Shown in pieces: positions 9,473-18,781 of a DNA stretch of 55,059 nt; positions within the stretch are counted from its first letter, which is position 1, and the number at the start of each line of letters is the position of its first letter. The stretch lies in the sequence record DRR723986_1873; one strand, written 5' to 3'. The notes under the pieces are model-generated. The model searched no databases. It had not been told where the DNA came from and was given only the letters and a program-made list of their open reading frames with translations. A program made the position numbers and the translations under genes.

Positions 9473-10221
9473 CAGGCAGTAACCGGCGAACGCGGCTGCA
9501 GCTTGCGGGTGATCGCACGCTGGTGATAGATGATCAGGGTCAGGCCAATAATCAGTGGTACCGACCACAGGGCCGGGGTCAGGGCGAGCTCCGGGATCAG
9601 GCGCACTGCACCAAAGGCGAAGAACGCCGTATAGACAGAAATACCCGCTCCCACCAGGGACTTGATATGTTCCTTCAGCCGATCGACCGGACGCGGATTT
9701 GGCTTGTACAGGAACCACAGGTTGGTGCCCACGGTAGCAAAACCCACCATGGAGATACCGATCATCAGCGGCTGGCCGATCAGCCAGCCCTGCCAGGCGC
9801 AACTGACCGCCGCCACGGTCAGCAGCAACTGCAGCAGCAGGTTGTGCCAGGCCCGGTTGCGGGCATGATCACGCCGATTGTTGATACACAGCCAGCCATG
9901 CCAGGCCAGGTTCACGGTAAGCGTGGCCAGGTAGAGCATCATCCAGCCAAAGATCCCGCTGATCAGGCGCGGGTCGGAAAACTCAGGATGGCTTGCCAGG
10001 TGCGGATGGGTGGCAAGGGGATCGGACAGCGTGGTCAGTGCGATGCCTACCGCAATGCTGCCGGTCGCCAGCATCATGCAGGTGAACAACTTGCCGAAGC
10101 GGGCGTGGTTGCGTCCGCCCTTACGGCCCGCCACCGGGACCCAGAAACTGACCAGCCCGATACTGCCGCTGACAATGTGCAGGGCGACCAGGGTTTCAAA
10201 CAGGGCGTGACTCGACATCAT
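9472..10221 (-). CDS. DUF2306-like multi-pass membrane protein
   Basis: LHIVSGSIGL...RKGGRNHARFGK pattern and about 7 hydrophobic segments; ATG ATG at 10221/10218. Confidence 0.7.
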   Translation of the reverse strand: MMSSHALFETLVALHIVSGSIGLVSFWVPVAGRKGGRNHARFGKLFTCMMLATGSIAVGIALTTLSDPLATHPHLASHPEFSDPRLISGIFGWMMLYLATLTVNLAWHGWLCINNRRDHARNRAWHNLLLQLLLTVAAVSCAWQGWLIGQPLMIGISMVGFATVGTNLWFLYKPNPRPVDRLKEHIKSLVGAGISVYTAFFAFGAVRLIPELALTPALWSVPLIIGLTLIIYHQRAITRKLQPRSPVTA

Positions 10222-10268
10222 CTGGCGCGCATCCCATACTGCGGGCACCGTATCAAAACCGCGGCACT

Positions 10269-11645
10269 ATGACGTCCAGCGAACACTTCATCCCGCCCCG
10301 ACCCAACTCCCTGTGGTCGCTGGCAGCACTGATCCGCGTCCTCTGGCGAGGTGACGGCAACCTGCTGGAATTGCTGCCGGCGGCGGCCTACAAGTTCGAG
10401 GTGGGCAACCTGGGCTACTCGCGGCGCTCGACGGTGCTGTTCAACCAGCCGGACCTGGTGAAGCACATCATGCGCGATCCGGATGAGATCTTTCCCAAGA
10501 GCGATCTCATGGTCAACGCGCTGGAACCGTTGATCGGGCAATCCATTTTCGTCACCGACGGCGAGCGGTGGCGCCGGCAGCGCGCCATGATCGACCCCGC
10601 CTTCAGCCTGATGCGCATCAGCCACGCTTTCGGCGCCATGCGCGGCGCGGTGGACGACCACCTGCAGGAACTGAGCCAGCGGGCGCGCGACGGGGAAGCG
10701 TTTTCCCTCGACCTCGCGATGAGCCACCTCACCGCCGACATCATTTGCCGAACCGTCTTCTCGACCTCGCTCGACTCGCAGATTGCCTTCGAGGTGTTCG
10801 AGGATTTCACCGTGTTCGAACGCTCCGTGGCCCAGGTCGATATCATGCGCCTGATTTTCCAGCCGGCCTGGAGCGACGCCCCGCAGCCGCCGGAGGTCCT
10901 CACGGCCTGCGCCCGGATCAGGGAGCATCTGGGCAAGCTGGTGGACACCCACCTGGCAGCTGATGCGGCCTACAACGACATCGCCAGCGCAGTCATCGAA
11001 TCGCGGGACACGGACAGCGGCGAGGCCTTTAGCCGCGAAGAGCTGATCGACCAGCTCGGGGTATTCTTTCTCGCCGGCCACGAAACCACCGCCAGTGTGC
11101 TGACCTGGTGTTTTTACATTCTCTCCACCCAGCCGGCACTGGTGGCGCGCCTGCGAGAGGAAATCGACAGCGTGGTAGGCAGCGGCGCAGTGGAGTTTGA
11201 GCACACCCGGCAGCTGCCGCTGGTGCGCGCGGTATTCCGGGAAACCCTGCGCCTGTACCCGCCAATCACCTTTATCCCGCGGGTTGCCCTGCGCGCCTGC
11301 CAGGTCGGACCACGCAGGCTCAAGCGCGGGGCGCTGGTGATGATCGCTCCCTGGACCCTGCACCGCCACCGCCAATACTGGGACAAGCCCCACGCCTTCA
11401 TTCCCGAGCGTTTCCTGCCGGAAAACGAAGGCAGCCTGACTCCCGGCGCCTATATCCCCTTCGGGCAGGGGCCACACACCTGCGTGGGCGCCGGCTTCGC
11501 CCAGACTGAGAGCGTGCTGATCATCGCCAGCCTGCTGCAACATTTTGACTTCAGCACCGCGCCAGGCCAGCGAATCCGGCCGGCCGCCCGTCTCACCACA
11601 CGCCCGGCGCAACAGATCAACTGCCATGTCCGCCCTCGGGGGTGA
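10269..11645 (+). CDS. Cytochrome P450
   Basis: I-helix AGHETT, ETLR, PERF, heme motif FGQGPHTCVG. Confidence 0.95.
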   Translation: MTSSEHFIPPRPNSLWSLAALIRVLWRGDGNLLELLPAAAYKFEVGNLGYSRRSTVLFNQPDLVKHIMRDPDEIFPKSDLMVNALEPLIGQSIFVTDGERWRRQRAMIDPAFSLMRISHAFGAMRGAVDDHLQELSQRARDGEAFSLDLAMSHLTADIICRTVFSTSLDSQIAFEVFEDFTVFERSVAQVDIMRLIFQPAWSDAPQPPEVLTACARIREHLGKLVDTHLAADAAYNDIASAVIESRDTDSGEAFSREELIDQLGVFFLAGHETTASVLTWCFYILSTQPALVARLREEIDSVVGSGAVEFEHTRQLPLVRAVFRETLRLYPPITFIPRVALRACQVGPRRLKRGALVMIAPWTLHRHRQYWDKPHAFIPERFLPENEGSLTPGAYIPFGQGPHTCVGAGFAQTESVLIIASLLQHFDFSTAPGQRIRPAARLTTRPAQQINCHVRPRG

Positions 11646-12825
11646 CCCCCTGTATTCCGGCAGGCGCCGGCGTCGGCTCCACCGTCCTCGTACCTGCTGA
11701 CAGCCAGGCGATATCCCGCTGGCTGGCTTCTCCCATCGTGACCGCGGATGTCATCGCTGGCCACAGAATCTCCCAGGACATCGGGGTCATCAGCAGGAAG
11801 GGCATGGGGTCGGATGCCGACCACACCACATCGCGGGCGCCAAACAGCGCCCGCATGCGGCGCAGGAATTCCCCCGGCCGGAACAGGGCGCCATAGGCCT
11901 CGGTCAGGGTGCTGTAGGCCCACTGGTAACGCAGGTGCCGGGAATTGATCGGGATCGGAATCGTCGGCGCCGGGTCAAGCAGCGCCAGGCCCAGGGCTGG
12001 CGCGTTGAGGAAGTGGATGCCGCTGGTAACCCGGGGGTTGCACTCAATGGCCCAGGGTTCGCCCTGGTCATCGACGATAAAGTCAAAAGCGATAAAACCG
12101 TTGTAATCAAGGCCTGCGCAGAACCGGGCTATCCAGGCGTCGATTTCCGGAGGGTTGTCGATGCGCTGGAAGCAGACAGCCACCGTACCGGTATAGACGA
12201 TGCCCTCGTAACATACCGTAACCAGCTGCCGGCCCTCGCAGTAGTAAGAGAGGCTGCTGATATGGCGACCCTCGACCCGCCGCTGGACCAGCAGGCCCTG
12301 GCGCTGCTCGGGCAGCGGCGAGGCCTTGTCGCACAATTGCAGCCCAATACCGGAGCAACCGTCGATGGGCTTGATCACGTAGTTCTCACTCGCCGCCAGT
12401 GCCACAGCCTCCGCCGAGTCAGCGGGTTCGGTCGCCGGTACCGGAAGTCCAAGCTCGGCGGCACGGCGCGCAAAGCGCAGTTTATCGTGCAGGTCGAACA
12501 TCAGCGTCGGCCCGGGGCACAGCAAGCGCACCGTTGCCGGAAGCCGTCCCTGCAAGTGGGCCACGTGCAGGGCCTCCTCGGAGACCGGGATCACCAGCTC
12601 GACCCGCTCGCGTTCGATGATGGCGAGTAATTCCTCAAGGTAGGCCGAGCGATCCGTATTGGGCGCGGTCACCCGATAGCAGCGGGCTACGCTGCGGGAG
12701 GGCTTGCACACATGCCACCGGAAGGGCTCGGCAATGATCACCCGACAGCCCGCCCGGCGCAGGGCACGCGCCAGGGAAAGGGCCTTGGGAAGCCGGCCAA
12801 GGGTCAGCAAAACGGTCGGTGTCAT
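11617..12825 (-). CDS. ATP-grasp domain protein
   Basis: LVIPVSEE, LHDK, VIKP, LVQRRVEG, IAFDF, IECNPR are typical ATP-grasp motifs. Confidence 0.85.
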   Translation of the reverse strand: MTPTVLLTLGRLPKALSLARALRRAGCRVIIAEPFRWHVCKPSRSVARCYRVTAPNTDRSAYLEELLAIIERERVELVIPVSEEALHVAHLQGRLPATVRLLCPGPTLMFDLHDKLRFARRAAELGLPVPATEPADSAEAVALAASENYVIKPIDGCSGIGLQLCDKASPLPEQRQGLLVQRRVEGRHISSLSYYCEGRQLVTVCYEGIVYTGTVAVCFQRIDNPPEIDAWIARFCAGLDYNGFIAFDFIVDDQGEPWAIECNPRVTSGIHFLNAPALGLALLDPAPTIPIPINSRHLRYQWAYSTLTEAYGALFRPGEFLRRMRALFGARDVVWSASDPMPFLLMTPMSWEILWPAMTSAVTMGEASQRDIAWLSAGTRTVEPTPAPAGIQGVTPEGGHGS

Positions 12826-12848
12826 AGAGAAGCCTGCTCTGTCCCGGC

Positions 12849-12891
12849 TAACTCTTTACCTTTACACTCCAATTGTCAATTTTGTCTTACA
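12849..12891. promoter_or_regulatory. Tandem PpsR-type operator between the ATP-grasp gene and the divergent SDR
   Basis: Perfect TGT-N12-ACA at 12874-12891 (TGTCAATTTTGTCTTACA) and degenerate TAA-N12-ACA at 12849-12866; 7-bp spacing, the same as at crtI. Confidence 0.75.
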
Positions 12892-12966
12892 GTGGCGGAC
12901 ACGGGCAGCCGGGACCAGCGGTGCTAAACTGGGCCAATTACAGGGAACAGCACAGGAGCCAGCCCC

Positions 12967-13833
12967 ATGCCTTCAGTCGTCATTACCGGTGTCTCCACCG
13001 GCATCGGGCACGCCGCCACCCGGGTGCTCATCGACCACGGCTTTCACGTATTCGGCTCCGTGCGCAAACAGGAGGATGCCGATCGGCTGGCGGCAGAGTT
13101 TGGGGCCGGCTTCAGTCCCCTGGTTTTTGATGTCACCGACGAGAAGGCCATTGAAAGTGCAGCCGCATGCGTGCGCGAAGCCCTGGCCGGCGAAACCCTG
13201 GCGGGACTGGTGAACAATGCGGGTATTGCAGTACCGGGGCCGCTGACCGAACTGCCTACCGAGGAATTCCGCCAGCAGCTGGAGGTCAACCTGGTTGGCC
13301 CGTTCATGGTCACCAAGGCGTTCGCTCCCCTGTTGGGTACCGATCGGGCGCTGCGCGGCAAGCCCGGCAGGATCGTCAATATCAGCTCGGTCGCCGGGAT
13401 TCGCGCCATGCCCTTCCTCGGGCCCTACGCCGCCTCCAAGTTCGGCCTGGAGGGTTACTCGGAGGCGCTGCGCCGGGAACTGCTGCTCTACGGTATCGAC
13501 GTGATCGTGATCGGACCCGGGCCCGTGAAAACCGCCATCTGGGATAAGGCGGGGGCGGTGGAAGACAGCCGCTACGCCCAATCGCAGTACGCCGATATCA
13601 TTTCCCGCTTCAGCCGGGTGTTCATCGCCCAGGGCCGGGAAGGTTACCCGGCAGACAAACTGGGGGCCTTGATTCACACTGCACTCACCACCCCGAAACC
13701 CAGGGTGCGCTACGCGGCGGTCAAGGGCCGGGCGGTGGAGAAGCTGATGATGCGCATCGCCTCCAAGCGGGCACTGGATAAACTGATCGGCAAAATGCTG
13801 GGCCTGCTACCCGCCCTGAAACGGGACGGCTAA
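12967..13833 (+). CDS. SDR family oxidoreductase
   Basis: TGVSTGIG, VNNAG, YAASK. Confidence 0.92.
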   Translation: MPSVVITGVSTGIGHAATRVLIDHGFHVFGSVRKQEDADRLAAEFGAGFSPLVFDVTDEKAIESAAACVREALAGETLAGLVNNAGIAVPGPLTELPTEEFRQQLEVNLVGPFMVTKAFAPLLGTDRALRGKPGRIVNISSVAGIRAMPFLGPYAASKFGLEGYSEALRRELLLYGIDVIVIGPGPVKTAIWDKAGAVEDSRYAQSQYADIISRFSRVFIAQGREGYPADKLGALIHTALTTPKPRVRYAAVKGRAVEKLMMRIASKRALDKLIGKMLGLLPALKRDG

Positions 13834-13885
13834 CCAGGGGCCATAACACAGCCCTGCCCCTGCACGCGCCGGGAATCGTCATCCG

Positions 13886-14989
13886 TTAATCCACGGTGAT
13901 GATAATTTTCCCACGCGCCCGACCTGTCTCCGAGTAGGCAATAGCCTCAGCGACTTGCGCCAGGGGATACTGCCGATCAATCTCTGAGCGCAGCGAGCCG
14001 CTGGCCATCATTGCTGCGAGGGTTTCAAGATCGGCTTTATTCAGCCGGGCCAACAAGGTGCTGTATTGCTGGTCGCTGAATGGGGATAACAACGCGGCCA
14101 TGATGGGGTTCTCCATCGGGCCCAGCCAGTCTCCATGCCCGCCGGCCACCATGACCAGGCTGCCGCCCGGGACCAGCACCCGGCTATTAGCCAACACCGA
14201 GTGGTTGCCGACCATGTCGACGATCAGGTCGTAGCGCGCGTCCTGGGTCGTGTAGTCAGCCTTTTTGTAATCAACGACCTTATCGGCGCCGAGCGCCAAC
14301 ACCCGCTCTACGTTGCGGGTACTGCACACCCCGGTAACCTCGGCACCCATACTGCTGGCCATCTGCACGGCATAGCCGCCGACACCACCGGAGGCGCCAT
14401 TGATCAGCACGCGCTCGCCGGGCTTGAGCTGACCCTGGTCGCGCAGGGCCTGTAACGCTGTCAGGGCGGCAACCGGCAGCGCGGCCGCCTCGGCAAAGCT
14501 GGCACCCTCCGGCATCTTCGCGATGGAACGGTCAGCGGGCCGCACCAGGTATTCGGCGAAAGCACCCGCCGCGCCGCCGAACACGGCGTCTCCCGGCTGG
14601 AACTCAGTTACCTGGTCGCCGACAGCCTCGACAATGCCGGCAAAATCGGTACCCAGGCGCTGATCCTTCGGCCTGCCGATACCGGACATCAGGCGCATGA
14701 AATAGGGCGAGCCGCGCATGTAGTGCCAATCCATCGGATTGACCGAGGCCGCCTTGACTCGAACCAGCACCTCCCCGGGACCGGGTTCGGGCCGCGGGAC
14801 CCGGCCCAGCTTGAGCACCGCCGGCGGACCGTAGCAATCGTAGGAGACCGCCAGCATGGCGCCATCTCCGGCAGCCCCGCCGGATGGCGGCAGGCAGTCC
14901 GCGTTGTAAGGCAACACCACCGCAAGAGCAGCGATCAACGCCAATAATAACAGGAGCAGGCTGCCGATAATCCTGTAGAAAATCCTCAC
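13886..14989 (-). CDS. MDR-family NAD(P)-dependent oxidoreductase (quinone oxidoreductase-like) with N-terminal membrane anchor
   Basis: ASVNPMDW, GTDFAG, INGASGGVG, RARGKII; GTG at 14989 chosen from GGAG RBS spacing. Confidence 0.85.
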   Translation of the reverse strand: MRIFYRIIGSLLLLLLALIAALAVVLPYNADCLPPSGGAAGDGAMLAVSYDCYGPPAVLKLGRVPRPEPGPGEVLVRVKAASVNPMDWHYMRGSPYFMRLMSGIGRPKDQRLGTDFAGIVEAVGDQVTEFQPGDAVFGGAAGAFAEYLVRPADRSIAKMPEGASFAEAAALPVAALTALQALRDQGQLKPGERVLINGASGGVGGYAVQMASSMGAEVTGVCSTRNVERVLALGADKVVDYKKADYTTQDARYDLIVDMVGNHSVLANSRVLVPGGSLVMVAGGHGDWLGPMENPIMAALLSPFSDQQYSTLLARLNKADLETLAAMMASGSLRSEIDRQYPLAQVAEAIAYSETGRARGKIIITVD

Positions 14990-15096
14990 GCACACACTCC
15001 CGGGTAATCACTCAGCCGGCAACAGCTTAGCACCTGCGAGCAAGCCTGAACCATGGGGACAGCTGGCCCGTGTCATGCGGGGATTGGCATATATCT

Positions 15097-15129
15097 CCTA
15101 ATTCTGCCTTAAGGTTCGCTCTATAAACT
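15097..15129 (+). promoter_or_regulatory. PmrA/QseB-type direct-repeat box with putative -10
   Basis: CCTAAT-N5-CTTAAG at 15097-15113, followed by TAAACT at 15124-15129, upstream of an operon encoding a QseB/PmrA-like regulator. Confidence 0.6.
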
Positions 15130-15179
15130 CAGCGCCATGACCCCTAACCCACCCCGGTTTGGGAAGCATGGAGCGACAG

Positions 15180-15863
15180 ATGTACAGCAAAAAACTCGCC
15201 GTGGCGCTGGCCACTGCCCTCACGGCACTACTTGCCAGCCCCCTGACCTTCGCGGAAGCGGACAGCCTGCCCGCGGCAATCTCGGAGCTACGCGGGGCCT
15301 GGGATACGGCCAATTTCACGCTCACCGGAAAGGCGCGCAAGCAGGCCCTGCTCGAACTGGTGGACGCCTGCAGCACGCTGCTACCGCAACATCCGCAGTC
15401 GCAGGCGGCACTCACCTGGTGCGGGATCGTCAACTCCAGCTACGCCGGGGTGGCAGGACCCTTGTCAGCGATGAAATACGCGAAGACCGCAAGGACGGAA
15501 CTGGAGCAAGCCCTGGCTATCACGGGCGGTAACTGGACCGGCGCTGCCCATACCAGCCTTGGCACCCTCTACTACAAGGTACCCGGGTGGCCCATCGGCT
15601 TCGGCGACACCGCCCGGGCCAGACAGGAACTGGAAGCGGGAATCGCTGCCGACCCCAACGATATCGACGCCAATTTCTTCTTCGCTGATTTTCTGCGCGA
15701 CCAGGGCGAGCTGGCAGAGGCACAGGCTTATCTGGACAGGGCCGCGGCCGCACCTGCGCGACAGGGCCGGGAAATTGCTGACGCCGGTCGTCAGCAGGAC
15801 ATCGAAACGCTGCGGGCTGAGGTCAGCCGCCAGCTAGCCCGGCACCAGGAGCACCCGCAATGA
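15180..15863 (+). CDS. Exported TPR-repeat protein
   Basis: Signal peptide MYSKKLAVALATALTALLASPLTFA, motif LGTLYYKVPGWPIGFGD, helical repeats; GGAG RBS before ATG 15180. Confidence 0.8.
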   Translation: MYSKKLAVALATALTALLASPLTFAEADSLPAAISELRGAWDTANFTLTGKARKQALLELVDACSTLLPQHPQSQAALTWCGIVNSSYAGVAGPLSAMKYAKTARTELEQALAITGGNWTGAAHTSLGTLYYKVPGWPIGFGDTARARQELEAGIAADPNDIDANFFFADFLRDQGELAEAQAYLDRAAAAPARQGREIADAGRQQDIETLRAEVSRQLARHQEHPQ

Positions 15864-16591
15864 CAGCCACGAATAGCAGTACCCGAATCGACAGCAGGAC
15901 AAACACACAGCCGAACTGCGTCCCGCCGGCCACGGGCCCATTCGCCCTGCCAGCAGAATTCCAGGCGCAATGCTGTCCGCCAACCCACCCCGAGCGCCCC
16001 CGGGTGGAACGCTACATCGCGGGCATCTTCCAGGCCGCCTACGATGCCCGGGTGATGGAGTATATGCCGATGCTCTGCATCCTCGAGCGGCACGACAACC
16101 TGGTTGCCGCATTGGGCCTGCGCAGGGCGGGCGCGGCACCCCTGTTCTGTGAACAGTACCTCGATGAACCAGTCGAGCGGGTGGTGGCGGACACCTTTGG
16201 TACACGCACGCCTCGCCAGGCGATCTGGGAACTGGGCAATCTTGTGGCCTCCAGCCCCGGACAGGCTGTAAGACTCTACCTGCTGGTCGCGGCAGCTCTT
16301 GGGAAGATCGGCGTCGACTTCCTGGTGTTCGCAGCCATCCGACCTGTACGCAACTCGATACAACGATGCGGCTTCAGCACCCGCGTAATCTGTGACGCGC
16401 ATCCCGCACGCCTTGGCCCTCGCGCCCGTGAATGGGGTAGCTATTACGCCAATGACCCGAAGGTAGTACTGGCGGATATCAACCAGGCCGTGCGCCATGG
16501 GTACAGCGACCCGATGATCAGCCAGCTGTGGCATGACGAGCAGGACACCATCGCGCAACTGGCATCACAGCTATCAGGCGCCATGGCATGA
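15860..16591 (+). CDS. 'Thermostable hemolysin' (delta-VPH-like) family protein
   Basis: AALGLRRA, LFCEQYLDEPVE, WELGNL, WGSYY motifs; typical neighbour of the AMP-ligase/redox-enzyme/SDR gene set. Confidence 0.8.
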   Translation: MTATNSSTRIDSRTNTQPNCVPPATGPFALPAEFQAQCCPPTHPERPRVERYIAGIFQAAYDARVMEYMPMLCILERHDNLVAALGLRRAGAAPLFCEQYLDEPVERVVADTFGTRTPRQAIWELGNLVASSPGQAVRLYLLVAAALGKIGVDFLVFAAIRPVRNSIQRCGFSTRVICDAHPARLGPRAREWGSYYANDPKVVLADINQAVRHGYSDPMISQLWHDEQDTIAQLASQLSGAMA

Positions 16592-18093
16592 ACACATTGG
16601 TCAACGCCTTGTTGCGGACCGTCGCCGAGCGGCCCGACACTGTCGTGTTCCAAACCGAGAACACCACACTAAGCGCGGTGGACTTCCTCGATCGGGTTCG
16701 CCTGTGCTCGCTTTACCTTCGCTCACGCACAGCAGAGCGGGTGGCACTGATCGCTGACAATGCCATTGACTGGGCCACCGTCGATCTGGCCGCCCAGATC
16801 GAGGGAATCTGCCTGGTACCTGTCCCCACTTTCTTCAGTGAATCCCAGGTGCAGCACGTTCTGTCTTCTGCCTGCGTTACGCTGGTCCTGTGCCGAACCG
16901 AAGACCGGGTTCAGCTGCCTGAAGTCATCGAGCCGACTGAGCAGCCACATCACGTGCCGGGCCTGGATCGGCTGCAGGCCTATCATATCGCGACGACGGA
17001 GAAGGCCCTGCTCCCGGCCGGCACCAACAAAATTACCTTCACTTCCGGCTCGACCGGAACACCCAAGGGTGTGTGCCTGTCATTCGAACAATGCCTTACG
17101 GTAGCCCAGTCCCTCGCCGGGGCGATCGGGTTAAAAAACCCCCGACACCTTTGCATCCTGCCGCTGAGCACGCTGTTGGAAAATATTGGCGGCATTTATA
17201 TGCCGCTGCTAACCGGCGGCTGTTCGATCCTCCTCGAACCAAAAACCCTGGGCATGGCTGGCAGCAGTGGACTGGACAGCGCGGCCTTCCTGCAGGCCAT
17301 CACACACTACGCACCGCAGACCATGATCCTCGTACCCCAGCTACTTACCGCGCTGGATATCGCCCTGGCACAGGGTTGGCGGCCACCGCATTCACTGCGC
17401 TTCGTCGCCGTAGGCGGCGGCCGGGTCGCGCCTGCCGTAATCGCCAGGGTACGCGCCGCGGGCATACCGGTGTACGAAGGCTACGGGCTGTCGGAGACCG
17501 GCTCTGTGGTGAGTCTTAACACACCCGAGTATGACCGTGCCGGGACCAGCGGCAAGGTACTGCCGCATGTGACGGTGGACTGCGAGGACGGCGAACTGGT
17601 GGTCAGAGGCAACACTTTCCTGGGCTATATGAACGACCTTTGGAGCTTCGGTGCTAACGCAGTTCATACCGGCGATCTGGGCAGCGTGGACAGTGACTGT
17701 TACGTCACCGTCAGCGGCCGCAGCAAGAACGTACTGGTGAGCAGTTTCGGGCGCAATATCAGCCCGGAGTGGATCGAAAGCGAGTTAATGGGTACAGGCC
17801 TGTTGCAGCAGGTCGTGGTGGTTGGCGACGGCTTGCCCTGGTGCAGCGCGCTGCTATGGCCGGTATCGGCCGCAATATCACCTGCGGCGCTGCAGGAAGC
17901 TCTGACGACAGTAAACCAGACCCTGCCGGACTATGCGCGGATACTGAGTTGGACAATGCTGGAGGAACCACTCAGCAGCGGGAACGGCCTGCTGACAGCA
18001 AATGGCCGACCCCGGCGCGACCTCATTAATCAGCATTACAGCAAGAACATTGCCGAGTTTTACCAAACTACAGCGGAGAGCATGCCACGATGA
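16588..18093 (+). CDS. AMP-binding (adenylate-forming) enzyme, acyl-CoA synthetase-like
   Basis: TFTSGSTGTPKG, YEGYGLSE, TGDLG, GRSKN. Confidence 0.92.
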   Translation: MNTLVNALLRTVAERPDTVVFQTENTTLSAVDFLDRVRLCSLYLRSRTAERVALIADNAIDWATVDLAAQIEGICLVPVPTFFSESQVQHVLSSACVTLVLCRTEDRVQLPEVIEPTEQPHHVPGLDRLQAYHIATTEKALLPAGTNKITFTSGSTGTPKGVCLSFEQCLTVAQSLAGAIGLKNPRHLCILPLSTLLENIGGIYMPLLTGGCSILLEPKTLGMAGSSGLDSAAFLQAITHYAPQTMILVPQLLTALDIALAQGWRPPHSLRFVAVGGGRVAPAVIARVRAAGIPVYEGYGLSETGSVVSLNTPEYDRAGTSGKVLPHVTVDCEDGELVVRGNTFLGYMNDLWSFGANAVHTGDLGSVDSDCYVTVSGRSKNVLVSSFGRNISPEWIESELMGTGLLQQVVVVGDGLPWCSALLWPVSAAISPAALQEALTTVNQTLPDYARILSWTMLEEPLSSGNGLLTANGRPRRDLINQHYSKNIAEFYQTTAESMPR

Positions 18094-18761
18094 GCTTTTT
18101 TAAACATTTGCAGTCTGCGACGGAATTCGAACGCGCGCGCCTGCTGTCCAACCCCCTGGTAGGCGATGCCCTGGCCGGACAAATGACAAGAGAGCGCTAT
18201 GTCGCCTTTCTGTGCCAGGCCTACCACCACGTACGTCACACCGTACCCTTGTTGATGGCTGCGGGGTCACGCCTGCCAGCGGAACAGGAATGGCTGCGAT
18301 CAGCGCTGGCGGAGTACGTGGAGGAGGAACTGGGTCATCAGGAGTGGGTACTGAACGATATTGCTGCCTGTGGATACAACGCCGAAACAGCCCGGAACAG
18401 TAAGCCAAACCCGGCTACGGAACTGATGGTGGCCTACGCCTACCACGTTATCGACCGGGTAAATCCCGTGGGCTTCTTCGGCATGGTGCATGTACTTGAA
18501 GGTACCAGCATAACCGTGGCCGATGAAGCGGCACGTTGTATCGCGGAATCCACCGGTCTGCCCCGAAACGCCTTTAGCTACCTGACCTCGCATGGCGCCC
18601 TGGATATCGAACATGTGAAGTTTTTCGAGGACCTGATGAATCGCATTGATGAACCGCAAGACCAGGAACTCATCGTGCACTGCGCCAATATGTTCTATCG
18701 CCTGTACGCTGATGTGTACAGCTCTGTAAAAGAAGAGCAGGCCACCGCACTGGCTGCCTGA
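18090..18761 (+). CDS. Heme-oxygenase-like dimetal redox enzyme (TenA/CADD/HDO superfamily)
   Basis: Candidate metal ligands EEELGHQE, VLEGTS, SHGALDIEH in an all-helical ~220 aa protein. Confidence 0.85.
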   Translation: MSFFKHLQSATEFERARLLSNPLVGDALAGQMTRERYVAFLCQAYHHVRHTVPLLMAAGSRLPAEQEWLRSALAEYVEEELGHQEWVLNDIAACGYNAETARNSKPNPATELMVAYAYHVIDRVNPVGFFGMVHVLEGTSITVADEAARCIAESTGLPRNAFSYLTSHGALDIEHVKFFEDLMNRIDEPQDQELIVHCANMFYRLYADVYSSVKEEQATALAA

Positions 18762-18781
18762 CGAAAGAAGGAATCAGCAAG

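Noticed and set aside
9473-9802. 110 aa N-terminal extension of CrtD in the ORF track (apparent fusion)
   Set aside because: Lies out of frame inside the DUF2306-like gene; the FAD motif starts right after ATG 9472, which overlaps the upstream stop.
10218-11627. 469 aa minus-strand ORF bridging the ATP-grasp and DUF2306-like genes
   Set aside because: Mirrors the P450 on the opposite strand and has no protein motifs; treated as a shadow ORF, although its ends abut both neighbours.
15860-16591. Virulence toxin interpretation of the 'thermostable hemolysin'
   Set aside because: No signal peptide and embedded among biosynthetic enzymes; the family name alone is not evidence of toxicity.
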